From the IMG/VR virus record IMGVR_UViG_2731957753_000001, positions 1-64,000 of that record: DNA of 64,000 nucleotides; one strand, written 5' to 3'. This DNA comes from a virus (taxonomy: Duplodnaviria; Caudoviricetes). The translations under genes and the position numbers were made by a program. Positions within the stretch are counted from its first letter, which is position 1, and each line of letters opens with the position of its first letter. The notes below the pieces were generated by a model that saw only the letters and a list, made by a program, of their open reading frames with translations, was not told where the DNA came from and made no database searches. This document shows positions 37,045 through 46,719 of the stretch, piece by piece.

Positions 37045-37380
37045 GTGCCCGAATCCATGCAGCACATCGACAGTTTCCATACCGCGCTCGGCATCCACCT
37101 CGAACCACCCGAAGGCGTCGGCCGATTCTGGGCAATCCCCGGAACCGCCATGTTCGAGGAAATCGGGAGCCTCCGCGTCTACCTCGACGGCACCACCCGC
37201 ATCCTCCCGCGCAAGCGGGTCGCGGGTCTCGGACATATCGAAGCCTTGCGCAGCGCAGCAACACACGCCCTGTACGGGCCCGCCGTCACCATGTACGGCA
37301 CCTGGGCGCAAACCCTCCACCCGGACGGCGAACTCCACTACGTCGAAACCGCCATCTCGGTACCACGCGGCCCACGCTGA
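37045..37380 (+). CDS. Hypothetical protein (111 aa)
   Basis: AGGAG RBS 7 nt before GTG 37045; followed by a terminator. Confidence 0.65.
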   Translation: MPESMQHIDSFHTALGIHLEPPEGVGRFWAIPGTAMFEEIGSLRVYLDGTTRILPRKRVAGLGHIEALRSAATHALYGPAVTMYGTWAQTLHPDGELHYVETAISVPRGPR

Positions 37381-37385
37381 ACACT

Positions 37386-37422
37386 CGAAAGGGCCCGGAC
37401 CACACAGGTTCGGGCCCTTTCG
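37386..37422. terminator. Bidirectional terminator
   Basis: CGAAAGGGCCCGGAC...GTTCGGGCCCTTTCG between convergent genes. Confidence 0.85.
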
Positions 37423-37427
37423 TCACG

Positions 37428-37832
37428 TTACGCCTGAGGCGGCTTGCGGTACTCCGTCCACATCTCGCCATCAAACCAACGCAGTTGCCCTTGTTGGTCC
37501 GGATACCAACCAGGCGGCGGCAAAGTCATGGAAGGCGGAGGAAGCTGCCAACCATGCGCTTGCGGTCTGCCACTCTTCCGCACAAGGGCGAGAATCACGG
37601 CGAACAGCAGCACGAACGGCAACGCCAGGAACAGCAGCAGCGTGATCGCGCCACCGCTCAAACCCATCGACGACAGCACCCAGCATGTCAACAAGAACCC
37701 GAACAGCAGCATCAGCGGCGTAAACCACCACTGGGCACCGAACCAGTTCAACGACCATCGCGGGTGCGGGGCTGGGAATCCGGGCGGTATCGGTGGACGA
37801 CGCCCGTAAGGTCCGGTAGGTGGCTGGTTCAT
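37428..37832 (-). CDS. Membrane protein with C-terminal DUF2510-type motif
   Basis: Two TM helices; PPPGWYPDQQGQLRWFDGEMWT. Confidence 0.8.
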   Translation of the reverse strand: MNQPPTGPYGRRPPIPPGFPAPHPRWSLNWFGAQWWFTPLMLLFGFLLTCWVLSSMGLSGGAITLLLFLALPFVLLFAVILALVRKSGRPQAHGWQLPPPSMTLPPPGWYPDQQGQLRWFDGEMWTEYRKPPQA

Positions 37833-38236
37833 TCGGGGCCTCGCCGGAATTCGGTCCACGCCTGCCCGTCAAACCAGCGGATCACGCCCTCCGCGTCCGG
37901 GTACCAGCCCGCCGGCGGAAGCTGCGTAGTCGGGGGCGACACCACCACAGGCGGCGGCCGCTTGTTCCCCACCCGAATCAGAGCGCGAATAATGAGGACG
38001 AGCAGCACTAACCCGGTTACCGGGAGTGCAAGGACAGCTAAGGCGCCCAGACTGATGCTGTCCCAGAGGATCGCGGCGATCACTGCGCCGATCCCGACGA
38101 GAACGACAGGCGTCCAGCGTTCGGCATTCGTCTTCTGGCCACCGCTGCCGTAGACGAGCCAATTGCCGATGGATCTTCGCGGTAGTTCGACGCCAGGCCG
38201 CGGCAGGTACTGGTCGTCGCTGTTCGGATCGGTCAT
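37829..38236 (-). CDS. Membrane protein with C-terminal DUF2510-type motif (paralog)
   Basis: Two TM helices; PPAGWYPDAEGVIRWFDGQAWT. Confidence 0.8.
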   Translation of the reverse strand: MTDPNSDDQYLPRPGVELPRRSIGNWLVYGSGGQKTNAERWTPVVLVGIGAVIAAILWDSISLGALAVLALPVTGLVLLVLIIRALIRVGNKRPPPVVVSPPTTQLPPAGWYPDAEGVIRWFDGQAWTEFRRGPE

Positions 38237-38316
38237 GGTGTCCCCTGCTGGGTGAAGGATGTCACCCGAGGATCGGATACCACGCTCAAGGCGTTACCGG
38301 AGGGTGTAGGAGAAGC

Positions 38317-38784
38317 CTAACCCTGCGATGCAACCCCAAGAATCAGATCCACCGCGTTCTTCACGTTCAGGGTTTCCAGCTCGTCCCGGATCCGCTCTTC
38401 AGCGGTTTGCGGGCGCGGTTCCGGTCGGATCGGCGGCGGCAGCTTGCCAGAGAACACGGACGCAGTGACCCGCATCAACTCTTTCAGCAGGTCGATCTGC
38501 CGCAGTTGCAGCAGAACCGGGAGACTGTACCCGAGCGGCGATATCGGTCCAGCCTTCTCCGGCCTGTCCTGCATCGCCCGCGCATACCCGATCTCCTCAT
38601 CCATCGCGATCGCCGACTGATACCAGCCATGCGGCGGCAACCGTTTCAAAAACCGGAACAGTTGCCCCCACGGACGGACGCCACGAAAGTAGTCGAGGAG
38701 ATCGACCCGCAAGTGTTCTTGCAGGTCGTATTCGATTTCCTCCCCGTACTCCTCAATCAGGAATACGAGGTTTACGAACCCCCC
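38317..38784 (-). CDS. Tail assembly chaperone, frameshifted (G-T) extension
   Basis: The -1 frame stays open from the slippery site: GGFVNLVFLIEEYGEEIEYDLQEHLRVDLLDYFRG... Confidence 0.85.
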   Translation of the reverse strand, partial: GGFVNLVFLIEEYGEEIEYDLQEHLRVDLLDYFRGVRPWGQLFRFLKRLPPHGWYQSAIAMDEEIGYARAMQDRPEKAGPISPLGYSLPVLLQLRQIDLLKELMRVTASVFSGKLPPPIRPEPRPQTAEERIRDELETLNVKNAVDLILGVASQG

Positions 38785-39137
38785 GGAACATCACCCGAAC
38801 CGTTGAAATGGTTGGTGATGTCTTCCAGCAGCAGGATCAACAGCTCGGCAGGCTTATCCCGCAGAACCTCCCACGCCTCGTCGAACCGGGCACCGAAGAA
38901 CAAGCCGAAGATACGGCGGATCCGTGGCGCGTCGAGGTCTTCGAGGTTTTCCATGATGAACCCGACCTCCAGGACGTCCTCCACAGTGCTGGGAGGAAGT
39001 ACCTCGATCGGCGGCTCAACACCGTCGAACACGTACGGTTCAACCTTGGCGGTCTTCTCGTTGGCCTCAGCCAGCAGCCGCGCGAAACGCGACTCAGCCT
39101 TCGGCTCGATCTTCGGACGGGGGGCACGTGCAGCCAT
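38772..39137 (-). CDS. Tail assembly chaperone (gpG-like)
   Basis: Downstream of the major tail gene; ends in a slippery site. Confidence 0.85.
   Translation of the reverse strand: MAARAPRPKIEPKAESRFARLLAEANEKTAKVEPYVFDGVEPPIEVLPPSTVEDVLEVGFIMENLEDLDAPRIRRIFGLFFGARFDEAWEVLRDKPAELLILLLEDITNHFNGSGDVPGGS
38778..38784 (-). other. Programmed -1 frameshift heptamer G GGG GGT
   Basis: CCG GGG GGT TCG TAA at the end of the chaperone gene. Confidence 0.85.
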
Positions 39138-39160
39138 AGCAGTCTCCTGGCAGAGAGTTG

Positions 39161-39397
39161 TTACTTGGAAGTGGTCTTGGGGGCCGGTTCCGGTTTCGGT
39201 TCCGGCTTCACCGCGGCAGGCTTCGACGCCTCCCGAATGAACTCCTGCGCGCTCGGGCTCAACTTCGCCTCAGCGGCCGGCAGTTTCGGGGCGGTCTCGC
39301 TGTAGCCCTTCACGCGGAGCTGTTCACGCTCGACGGCGGACCCGACCAGAGTTTTACGGCCGTCCGGCGCATACATGTAGATAGGTTCAAAAGCCAT
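39161..39397 (-). CDS. Small tail-region protein (78 aa)
   Basis: MYAPDGRKTLVGSAVEREQLRVKGY, plus a Pro/Lys tail. Confidence 0.65.
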   Translation of the reverse strand: MAFEPIYMYAPDGRKTLVGSAVEREQLRVKGYSETAPKLPAAEAKLSPSAQEFIREASKPAAVKPEPKPEPAPKTTSK

Positions 39398-39497
39398 TCG
39401 GGGTCTCCCGGCAAAGAATGACCTGGCAGTTTGGGAGAGAGTCGCCCCGTGCGCGGCCAGGAAACACGCACGGGGCGACGAACAGGGGCCTGACGAA

Positions 39498-40412
39498 TCA
39501 GGCGTAGGTGACGGAGTAGTTCGCCGAAGCACCGGTCGCGTTGGTCACCACGACGTTGTGAGCGCCCGCGGTCTTCGCCGGGCTGTTGATCGCCAGAGTG
39601 GTGTCATTCACGACCTGGAAATCATCCGCAGCAGTACCACCCACAGTCACACCCGTAGTACCGGTGAAGTTCTTACCCAACAGCACCACAGACTCGCCAC
39701 CCGCAGCAGCGAGCGTGCCCGCCGGCAGATGCGAAGACACGATCGGAACCGCAGCCGTAGCGGTGAAGCCCATCTCATCCAGGCGTGCAGCGATACCGGG
39801 ACCACAGAACACGTTCTTCACGCTGTAGCCGAGATCCTCGTCGATCTTCGCGGACCACGTGATGTTGTAGGTCAGACCACCCTCCTGCGACCACGACTGC
39901 TCACCAACACTGGTGACAATCGCGCGGGGCAGGATCCGCAGATGGAAAATCGTGTCCGCACCCGCACCATCAACGAGACCGAACACCAGACGGTGATAAC
40001 GGGACTCAGGCGAGGTCGGGTCGTTCCACTGGAGTTCACCCGTGGTGCCGTCCGCTTCGATCGCAGACAGGTCCAGGCCACCATAAAGTTCCAGCGTGCG
40101 ACGCTTGGTCTCGATCAGAGTCGTCGAGACGGTCATCTTGCGGGAGATGATGTCAGTCCGGGGCGGCTCCAGAGCACCCCAGGCCTCGATATCGTTGGTC
40201 TCGACCTCGGGCGTCCACGACGGGGGCGCATCCTTAGCGGTCATACCCAGCGACTCGAAATCGGTGAGCGCCTGGAACTCCGCGGCGACACCATCAGTGA
40301 ACGCGGTGGGAATGGTTGCGTCCAGGTCACCGATCAGCACAAACCCCTTGTTGGGGCGAAGCACCAGGCTCGACTTCCAGTCCGCGAGCTGTTCATAGGT
40401 AACAGCAGGCAT
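39498..40412 (-). CDS. Major tail (tube) protein with C-terminal IPT/TIG Ig-like domain
   Basis: ETNDIEAWG...RTDI...TLIET; GGESVVLLGKNFTGTTGVTVGG. Confidence 0.9.
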   Translation of the reverse strand: MPAVTYEQLADWKSSLVLRPNKGFVLIGDLDATIPTAFTDGVAAEFQALTDFESLGMTAKDAPPSWTPEVETNDIEAWGALEPPRTDIISRKMTVSTTLIETKRRTLELYGGLDLSAIEADGTTGELQWNDPTSPESRYHRLVFGLVDGAGADTIFHLRILPRAIVTSVGEQSWSQEGGLTYNITWSAKIDEDLGYSVKNVFCGPGIAARLDEMGFTATAAVPIVSSHLPAGTLAAAGGESVVLLGKNFTGTTGVTVGGTAADDFQVVNDTTLAINSPAKTAGAHNVVVTNATGASANYSVTYA

Positions 40413-40491
40413 AAGCTGTGTCCTTGCTTTAGGCACGCCCAGAGACCCGCAACCGAAAATTGGTGCGGGTGGCGTGCAGAAGAGAAAAGAG

Positions 40492-40869
40492 TTAGGCGCG
40501 AGGGCGCCGATAAGAGAAGCGGTTCGTAGCGATAAACTCACGCATATCCCGCTGCTGAGGCGACATCGGCATAGCGCCAGTCACTTCCTCAGCCACATCA
40601 ATCAGAAACCCGCCGGGCGCAGTGTTCCCACAGTGTCGAACCCGCTCCTGACCAGCCTTCTTCAAAGCCTTAGAAGCGGCACGAGTCGGACCCACGTACT
40701 CGACATCGACGACAGGGTTATCGAACACCCCATCTTCACGGCCGCCGACACGCTGCACATAGATGTACTCGGCCGGCAGGTCATCGTCGATGAACGTCAC
40801 CACCGGGGCGAGACCGTCGAACAGGGCCTTCAGGACTTCGTCGTACTCCGGATAATCAGGCAGAGACAC
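40492..40869 (-). CDS. Tail terminator protein
   Basis: YIYVQRVGGREDGVFDNPVVDVEY; position. Confidence 0.8.
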   Translation of the reverse strand: MSLPDYPEYDEVLKALFDGLAPVVTFIDDDLPAEYIYVQRVGGREDGVFDNPVVDVEYVGPTRAASKALKKAGQERVRHCGNTAPGGFLIDVAEEVTGAMPMSPQQRDMREFIATNRFSYRRPRA

Positions 40870-40877
40870 GGCGCCTC

Positions 40878-41177
40878 CTAGCCTTCGATATCGCGGATGA
40901 AGTCCCGCATGACGTGTTCGGCCTTGTTGTAGCGGGTGCCGTGCTCACGGAAGCGGGCGTAATGCCCGTGTGCGTAGACGACGCCTTCGATGCGGCCGTC
41001 ATCGCCTGGACCGGACAGTGCTTGAACGCTCGTAGCGTTGTAGCCCGTCCGCCACTTGCTTCGTGCAGCCCACCTGTCGGCGCCCTGTTCAGCGAGTTCG
41101 TGAACGAACCTCTCCAGTTCGGCAGACTCCCGCATGAACGTCCGGTCGAGGTCGAAATCAGCTCCGTCGTACTCCAC
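40878..41177 (-). CDS. Neck/tail completion protein (HK97 gp10-like)
   Basis: YARFREHGTRYNKAEH; position. Confidence 0.75.
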   Translation of the reverse strand: MEYDGADFDLDRTFMRESAELERFVHELAEQGADRWAARSKWRTGYNATSVQALSGPGDDGRIEGVVYAHGHYARFREHGTRYNKAEHVMRDFIRDIEG

Positions 41178-41529
41178 TGGAACCGTCCTTCGCGATCGTG
41201 AACCGCACCCCGGTAGACCAGCCCGTAAACGGATTCGGAGTCTCCCGAACCTGCCCGTCGATCACAAAGATTCGACCGTCAGGCAACTGGATCCGATCCG
41301 ACGAGACGACATCCGAACCATGCGGCGCCGTCACCCGCGCCGTGAGCACGAGCAGTTCCCCGCGCTCGTTGTCCTCGGTGTCAGTCCCCCACTTGAGATC
41401 ACACGGCCCGATCTGATGCGGCGCCCCACCAGCACCGACAGGATCGCCCTGCCAGTCACGATCAGGCGAATCCCGCAGGACAGTCAGCATCGTCCCGCCC
41501 GGATACTGCGGGTGCGCATACGTCACCAC
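41158..41529 (-). CDS. Head-to-tail stopper
   Basis: DRDWQGDP...SSDRIQLPDGRIFVIDGQV. Confidence 0.8.
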   Translation of the reverse strand: MVTYAHPQYPGGTMLTVLRDSPDRDWQGDPVGAGGAPHQIGPCDLKWGTDTEDNERGELLVLTARVTAPHGSDVVSSDRIQLPDGRIFVIDGQVRETPNPFTGWSTGVRFTIAKDGSSGVRRS

Positions 41530-41942
41530 GTGTCCGGCCTTGTCGACGCGAGCCCAGCAGACTTGAGGATCCCGAGAGCGACCGGGGACAGGAAATTCAG
41601 CGACCGTTCGACCTCTTCAGCCGAGACACTGTCCCCATAGGTGACCGAGCCGCCATCCGCGGACTGTGACTGGATGCCGATCTCTCGGCCAGCAGAACCA
41701 GCGGCCGGATTGATACCGGCCTCGATCCACATCGCCGCATGCGCGCACGTAGCGTCACGCATCGCCTCGATCACATCCGGTTCAGTCGGCGAACCAGCAG
41801 GGTCGACCTCATAGTGGTCGCAGGATGTGGCCCGACGCACCAGCGCCGACGCGAACTTGATCGCCCGCAACGCAACCGGTTCTTCCGGTACGTCGACCAG
41901 CCAGCCGTCCATCAAATCATCAGGGGCGGCATACACCAGCAT
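41523..41942 (-). CDS. Head-to-tail adaptor
   Basis: VYAAPDDL...ASALVRRAT...AMRDATCAHA. Confidence 0.8.
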   Translation of the reverse strand: MLVYAAPDDLMDGWLVDVPEEPVALRAIKFASALVRRATSCDHYEVDPAGSPTEPDVIEAMRDATCAHAAMWIEAGINPAAGSAGREIGIQSQSADGGSVTYGDSVSAEEVERSLNFLSPVALGILKSAGLASTRPDTW

Positions 41943-42250
41943 TATTCGCTCCCAGCGACCTTCTTGGCCGGCGCCTTGCGAGGAGCAGCCTTCTTCGCGG
42001 GAGCTTTCTTCGGCTCAGGCGCAGGTTCCGGCTCGACAACCAGCTCAGGCTCAAATGCAGCATCTGCGGCAGGTTCCGGCTCCGCCACCTGGGCGGGCTC
42101 AACGACCGGTTCGACAACAGGCTCCGGCTCCGCCTCAGCGGGCGCGTCGACCTCAACCCAGTACGCCCACTCCAAAAGGTCAGGGCGCGGATCCTCGGAC
42201 TCAACCAGCAAATCCTGGTCACCGCCCAAATACTTATAGAAGTAAGGCAC
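41942..42250 (-). CDS. Small capsid-associated protein with low-complexity Pro/Glu/Ala and Lys tail
   Basis: Follows the major capsid gene. Confidence 0.65.
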   Translation of the reverse strand: MPYFYKYLGGDQDLLVESEDPRPDLLEWAYWVEVDAPAEAEPEPVVEPVVEPAQVAEPEPAADAAFEPELVVEPEPAPEPKKAPAKKAAPRKAPAKKVAGSE

Positions 42251-42319
42251 TACCGTTCTCCAAGTCAGACAGCCGATCGACTGCGCCGCCCACCATTTGG
42301 CAGGCGGCGCAGGTCAAAA

Positions 42320-43237
42320 TCAGGCTTCCAGCGCGCCACGCAGCAGAACACTGCGGTTCGCATCGAGGGTCGACACGCCATACAGAACGCTGAAGCTGAC
42401 AACGTTCTGCATCTTGTTCTGGTCGTACGCGCGGGTCACACGCAGGCTGATGCCCTTGTACGACTCGATCGCATACGCGGTGCCGTCCATCGGCCGCGGC
42501 AGAGCAGCCGAAGTGAACGTGAACGCCGTCTCATGGAACGCCAAACCAACCTCAGTGGTCGGCTGACCGCTCGCGGGATCCGCAGCCGGCTGGACGATGT
42601 TCTGGGTCATGTAAGCGTCGAAACCGAACAGATTCCGGCCGATCGAGCCCTGACGGAGGGCATCGGTAGAACCACTCTGGTCGGCCTGCTTGATCAGAGT
42701 CGAGTTCAGCCAGTTCGCGCGGGCGGTCGGACCAACGACGGCGTGACGCCGCTGAGTCGGAACCTTCGCGATGTTCAGCAGCCGGTCAGCCTCAATCAGG
42801 ACTTCGGGCTTGTTCCACTCGAACCCGGTCGGGGTCACGCCAGCAACGGCGGTGGTCGCCGTCTTGGCGTGGGCGATGATCGCGCGGTCGATGTGCTGAG
42901 CGATTGCCTCAGCAGCAGGCTGGGAGACCTGAGTGTCGAACGACTCCAGCTCAAGCAGGTACTGCTCATCCGGGATCGGCAGCGACACCTCAACGATCTT
43001 GTCCAGCTTCACCGGGACGCTGCCCTCTTCCGCGTCCTGCAACTGGATACCGTCTGCACGGTTAAACAGGTTCGCGGTCAGCACAGCAGGCTTGCGGACG
43101 TTGACGGTGTCACCGATCTTCGCATTGAACTCCTGCGAATGATCCCGATGCACCAGCGGCAGCATGACCAGGTTCTCGTACAGGTTCGCGAGAGTCTGAC
43201 GCGCAATAACGTCAGGGGTCAGAAAATTGTTAGCCAA
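42320..43237 (-). CDS. Major capsid protein (P22 coat-like family)
   Basis: ANNFLTPDVIARQTLANL...KIGDTVNVRKP...FSVLYGVSTLD; AGGAG RBS before a TTG start. Confidence 0.92.
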   Translation of the reverse strand: MANNFLTPDVIARQTLANLYENLVMLPLVHRDHSQEFNAKIGDTVNVRKPAVLTANLFNRADGIQLQDAEEGSVPVKLDKIVEVSLPIPDEQYLLELESFDTQVSQPAAEAIAQHIDRAIIAHAKTATTAVAGVTPTGFEWNKPEVLIEADRLLNIAKVPTQRRHAVVGPTARANWLNSTLIKQADQSGSTDALRQGSIGRNLFGFDAYMTQNIVQPAADPASGQPTTEVGLAFHETAFTFTSAALPRPMDGTAYAIESYKGISLRVTRAYDQNKMQNVVSFSVLYGVSTLDANRSVLLRGALEA

Positions 43238-43251
43238 TTTAGGCTCCTAGA

Positions 43252-44001
43252 TCAGAATCCGTCGCGTTCACGCTGTTCGCGTTTACGCCGCCGGATTTCT
43301 TCGACAGAATCCCGACCGGGCGACGGCTTAGGTGCCGCGTTCCCGCCGGAGAGGTCTCCGCCGCTTCGAGGAGCCGCCGCCTGGGCGGGCGCCTTTTTCA
43401 GCTTCGGATTAGCTTCGACAGCCTCCGCCACAATTTCGGCCACCTGGGCAGCGAAATCGTCGGAATCGGTGTCAAGTTTCTCGACGGCCTTCGAAATTTT
43501 GACCGAATCGAGAATGGAATCAAGGTCACCCTCAGCCGTCTTAGCGGCAGCAGAAAGGGCGTCTTTCCGTGCATAGTTGCGCAGCTTTTCAGCGACCGAG
43601 TCACGCTCGGTTGCCAGCTGCGTCTCCCGCTCCTGCGCTGCACGCAGCAGCTCCGCGGGATCAGGTTCAGCGTCGTCCTCGACGAGCCCCAGAACCTTGC
43701 CGAGCTTCGAAACCAGTTCTTCACTGGCTTTCTTCGCAGCCTCCTGGGCCGCTTTCTCGGCTTTCTCGTTGCCCTTTACGCGGTTCGCGGCGGCTTCTTT
43801 ACGGAGCCGATCCACTTCCTTGTTCAGGCGCGAGATTTCCGGGTCCGCCTCAGTTTTCGAGGCTTCAGTTTCGGCCGGTTTATCGGTTTCGGTGGCCTGT
43901 ACAGCGTCACCGGCTTCCGAATTCTCGACCGAGGTGTCGACAGCTTCGTCGACGGATACATTTTCAGTTGTGGTTTCCTGGTTTGCGGCTTCGTCGGCCA
44001 T
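43252..44001 (-). CDS. Capsid scaffolding protein
   Basis: Acidic N-terminus, LRKEAAANRVK coiled coil, SGGDLSGG C-terminus; ATG at 44001. Confidence 0.85.
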   Translation of the reverse strand: MADEAANQETTTENVSVDEAVDTSVENSEAGDAVQATETDKPAETEASKTEADPEISRLNKEVDRLRKEAAANRVKGNEKAEKAAQEAAKKASEELVSKLGKVLGLVEDDAEPDPAELLRAAQERETQLATERDSVAEKLRNYARKDALSAAAKTAEGDLDSILDSVKISKAVEKLDTDSDDFAAQVAEIVAEAVEANPKLKKAPAQAAAPRSGGDLSGGNAAPKPSPGRDSVEEIRRRKREQRERDGF

Positions 44002-44120
44002 GAATGTCTCCTGGACATGTAGAAACACCCGAATGGCAACCTGGCCTATTCGGGTGCAGATATGACGAAACCCCCGAATAGAATTCGAGGGTCAGAACCC
44101 GCTATAGAAAAGCGGGAAGC

Positions 44121-45089
44121 TTAATCGGATTGCGCCACATACCGGACGCGGTCATTACGGCGCTCACGGCGCGCCAACGCGCGAGCACGGCGGCGCTCAG
44201 CGCGCACAGAATCAGGGACACGCACCGCACGGGGCGGCGCCGGATCATCCGGAGTCCACACGCTGGCTACGTGCCTACAGTTCGGGTGCCAGAGGCCACG
44301 TGCACGAGCCTCAGCAACCGAACCCCACACTGTCACAGTGACAGTCCGGCCCGAGGTCGCTTCTCTCGCAATCGCGCCGACTGTAGCCCCCGAGATTGAG
44401 AGCACCTGACCTTCAAACGGCGAACACAGCGGGCAGCTACCCGCCACATCGGACACCACGATCAGATCGTGCCCTGCCGCGGCAACCTGCGCACAATACG
44501 CATCCACCTCAGCGCGAGTAATCGCCGACCGGACCGCCATCTCCACATACGAGACGAGATCCCAACGCCGGCCACGCGCATCCACAAACCCCGTGATGCC
44601 GCGGCGCGCGAACGCATCTAGCGCGCGCTGCACGACACGGGCACGATCAGTGTTCCCACGGTCACGCTCCGCCCGCACAGCCTCATCAACGACAGCCCGA
44701 TACGCGCCATCCAAGACAGTCGGAACATGCGCATGCGTACGCCGCACCGTATCGACCGCCTCATCAATCAGACGCTCCACCGGACCCTCATCAGCGCGAG
44801 GAGCACCAGGGATGTCATGTCGAGCCGCTGCAACACCGTCGCGCCACGCACCCAACACCGCAGCACGAACTGCCGGCGCCATATCCCGATCAGTCTCGGC
44901 AACATCACGCTCAACATTGCGCCGAAACCGCGGCAACCGAGCCAGCAGCCGCATCGCCCACACCACCGCATGCCCGACACCCGGCGCCACCGCCATAGCA
45001 AGACGCTCCAGCAGGCGACGCTCCAAGCGCCGATACAAGCGGGTGACCGGGCCGATACGACGATCACCGAAGGACGGAGTAAGAGGCAT
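44121..45089 (-). CDS. Minor capsid / MuF-like head morphogenesis protein
   Basis: GITGFVDARGRRWDLVSYVEMAVRS, CPLCSPFEGQV, HPNCRH. Confidence 0.88.
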   Translation of the reverse strand: MPLTPSFGDRRIGPVTRLYRRLERRLLERLAMAVAPGVGHAVVWAMRLLARLPRFRRNVERDVAETDRDMAPAVRAAVLGAWRDGVAAARHDIPGAPRADEGPVERLIDEAVDTVRRTHAHVPTVLDGAYRAVVDEAVRAERDRGNTDRARVVQRALDAFARRGITGFVDARGRRWDLVSYVEMAVRSAITRAEVDAYCAQVAAAGHDLIVVSDVAGSCPLCSPFEGQVLSISGATVGAIAREATSGRTVTVTVWGSVAEARARGLWHPNCRHVASVWTPDDPAPPRAVRVPDSVRAERRRARALARRERRNDRVRYVAQSD

Positions 45090-46702
45090 CAGGCCGCCTC
45101 CGCAACCTCAACGTCAGGCTCGACCTCGTCCTGGAAGTCGTTGCGCGGTTCATCCTCGGCGGACTCGAACTCACCGCCGTCGGGGTCCGGGACCGTCAGC
45201 GCGACCTCATCGAGAATCCGCGCCACTTCCTCTTCGACCTCGTCGTTCGACCAGTTCGGGTTGAACATGCGCACCGCGGTTTCGGTACTGATCGCCTGCG
45301 CAATTTTCAGGTTGCTGATGGCAGTCGACAACGCGACCGGATCCTGATCCACACGCACCGGGAAGTGCAGCTCTGGGGCTTCCTTCAACCCGAAATCCGG
45401 ACCGCCGAAGACCTTGTAGTCTAGACGGAGTGCCGCGAGTCCGAATGGCCGGAGTTCAGCCTGGACATATAGCAGTTTCCGGTTCCGGGTCTGATTCGAC
45501 TTGTCCTTACGCGCAGACACCTCGGTAGCCGTCATCGACACCGAATCAGCGTCATCGAAATCCGCAGCCGAATAGCCCGCCCCCCGCAGGATCTGCTTCA
45601 GCAAGTCCTGGCAGGTCTTCGCATGCTCCTCAACCCGAATACTGAACTGCTGCGCCTGCACCAGTTGGTTCGGGCCGTCCTCCGGCAGCATCTGATTACC
45701 AGGAACCGGAGTGAAAATCTCTTGCTCACGATCGAACGAAGACCCCATACCGGGGCCCTTGTCCTCCAGAGCTTCCTGCGCGACGAACAACCGGGCCTTC
45801 CCCAGGTCCAGGTCACGCATCCAGGACGACCACGCTTCATCAAGCGCATCGAACAAGGGCTCCAAACCCTCAAAATCCGAGCGTCCCAACGGCGACAAAC
45901 CTGGAGTGTTACGCCACCTGCGAGTAGGGCGAACGTTCGGGATGTAGCAGGCCGTCAACTCGTCGATACCGGTCGGGATCGACGACTCCTCATCCACCAG
46001 CTCCGCGGCCCAGAGGGTTTCGTCCATCGCGTCCAGAGGCATCCGCCGGCCGATCGCGCCATCATCCCCGCAATACAGGGCATGCTCAATCCGGCCTGGC
46101 TCATGATGCTCCAAATGCCGCCACGTGCCGAGCTTGTCTTTCCCGATGATCCGCCAGAACGTGACACCCGCAAGTTTCCCGTACCGCCATTGCGGCACGG
46201 CAGCGTCCGGGGCTACCGCGCCGATCATGACCTTTTTCGCGACAGATTCGTCCCACCAGAGCCGCAAGTAGGTTCCGCCCAATGCGGCGGCCCCCTCAGC
46301 GGCTTCCAGAAGGGTAGCGAGGGTGTCAGCGCCATCCAGGATGGTGTTCACGCGATCCTGCGCACCCTTTACGTCTGTGGCCGTCTCCTCGGTGCACAGC
46401 CAAGTCGGAGGCTGCCCAAACAGCAGATCCGCCGACATGGTCGCCAAATCGGCAGCTACAGGGATGTGAAGACGCTTCGTGTCGTTGAAAACAGGACGCC
46501 CCCACCAGAATCGACTGAGTGCGCCCCGCACCCCGCCTAAAAGTTGACTTGGGCGCACAGGCGCGGAGGGGACGGCCCGGCTGTAGATCTCTGCCAGATC
46601 GTCAGAATTCCCACTCCACCACGCGGTGTACTCCCCGTACATATCGGCAGCCAGGTCATGAGGCTTTGGGGGCCACTCGCCAGAATAATCGGGCATCGGC
46701 AC
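45089..46702 (-). CDS. Portal protein (SPP1/A118-like)
   Basis: YIPNVRP...LGRSDFEGLEPLFDALDEAWSSWMRDLDLGKARLFV. Confidence 0.92.
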   Translation of the reverse strand: MPMPDYSGEWPPKPHDLAADMYGEYTAWWSGNSDDLAEIYSRAVPSAPVRPSQLLGGVRGALSRFWWGRPVFNDTKRLHIPVAADLATMSADLLFGQPPTWLCTEETATDVKGAQDRVNTILDGADTLATLLEAAEGAAALGGTYLRLWWDESVAKKVMIGAVAPDAAVPQWRYGKLAGVTFWRIIGKDKLGTWRHLEHHEPGRIEHALYCGDDGAIGRRMPLDAMDETLWAAELVDEESSIPTGIDELTACYIPNVRPTRRWRNTPGLSPLGRSDFEGLEPLFDALDEAWSSWMRDLDLGKARLFVAQEALEDKGPGMGSSFDREQEIFTPVPGNQMLPEDGPNQLVQAQQFSIRVEEHAKTCQDLLKQILRGAGYSAADFDDADSVSMTATEVSARKDKSNQTRNRKLLYVQAELRPFGLAALRLDYKVFGGPDFGLKEAPELHFPVRVDQDPVALSTAISNLKIAQAISTETAVRMFNPNWSNDEVEEEVARILDEVALTVPDPDGGEFESAEDEPRNDFQDEVEPDVEVAEAA

Positions 46703-46719
46703 TGGTGGCCTCCTACAAG

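Noticed and set aside
42281-42312. Intrinsic terminator after the major capsid gene
   Set aside because: A 10-bp stem is present but there is no U-tract on the coding strand; may be only a pause or stability hairpin
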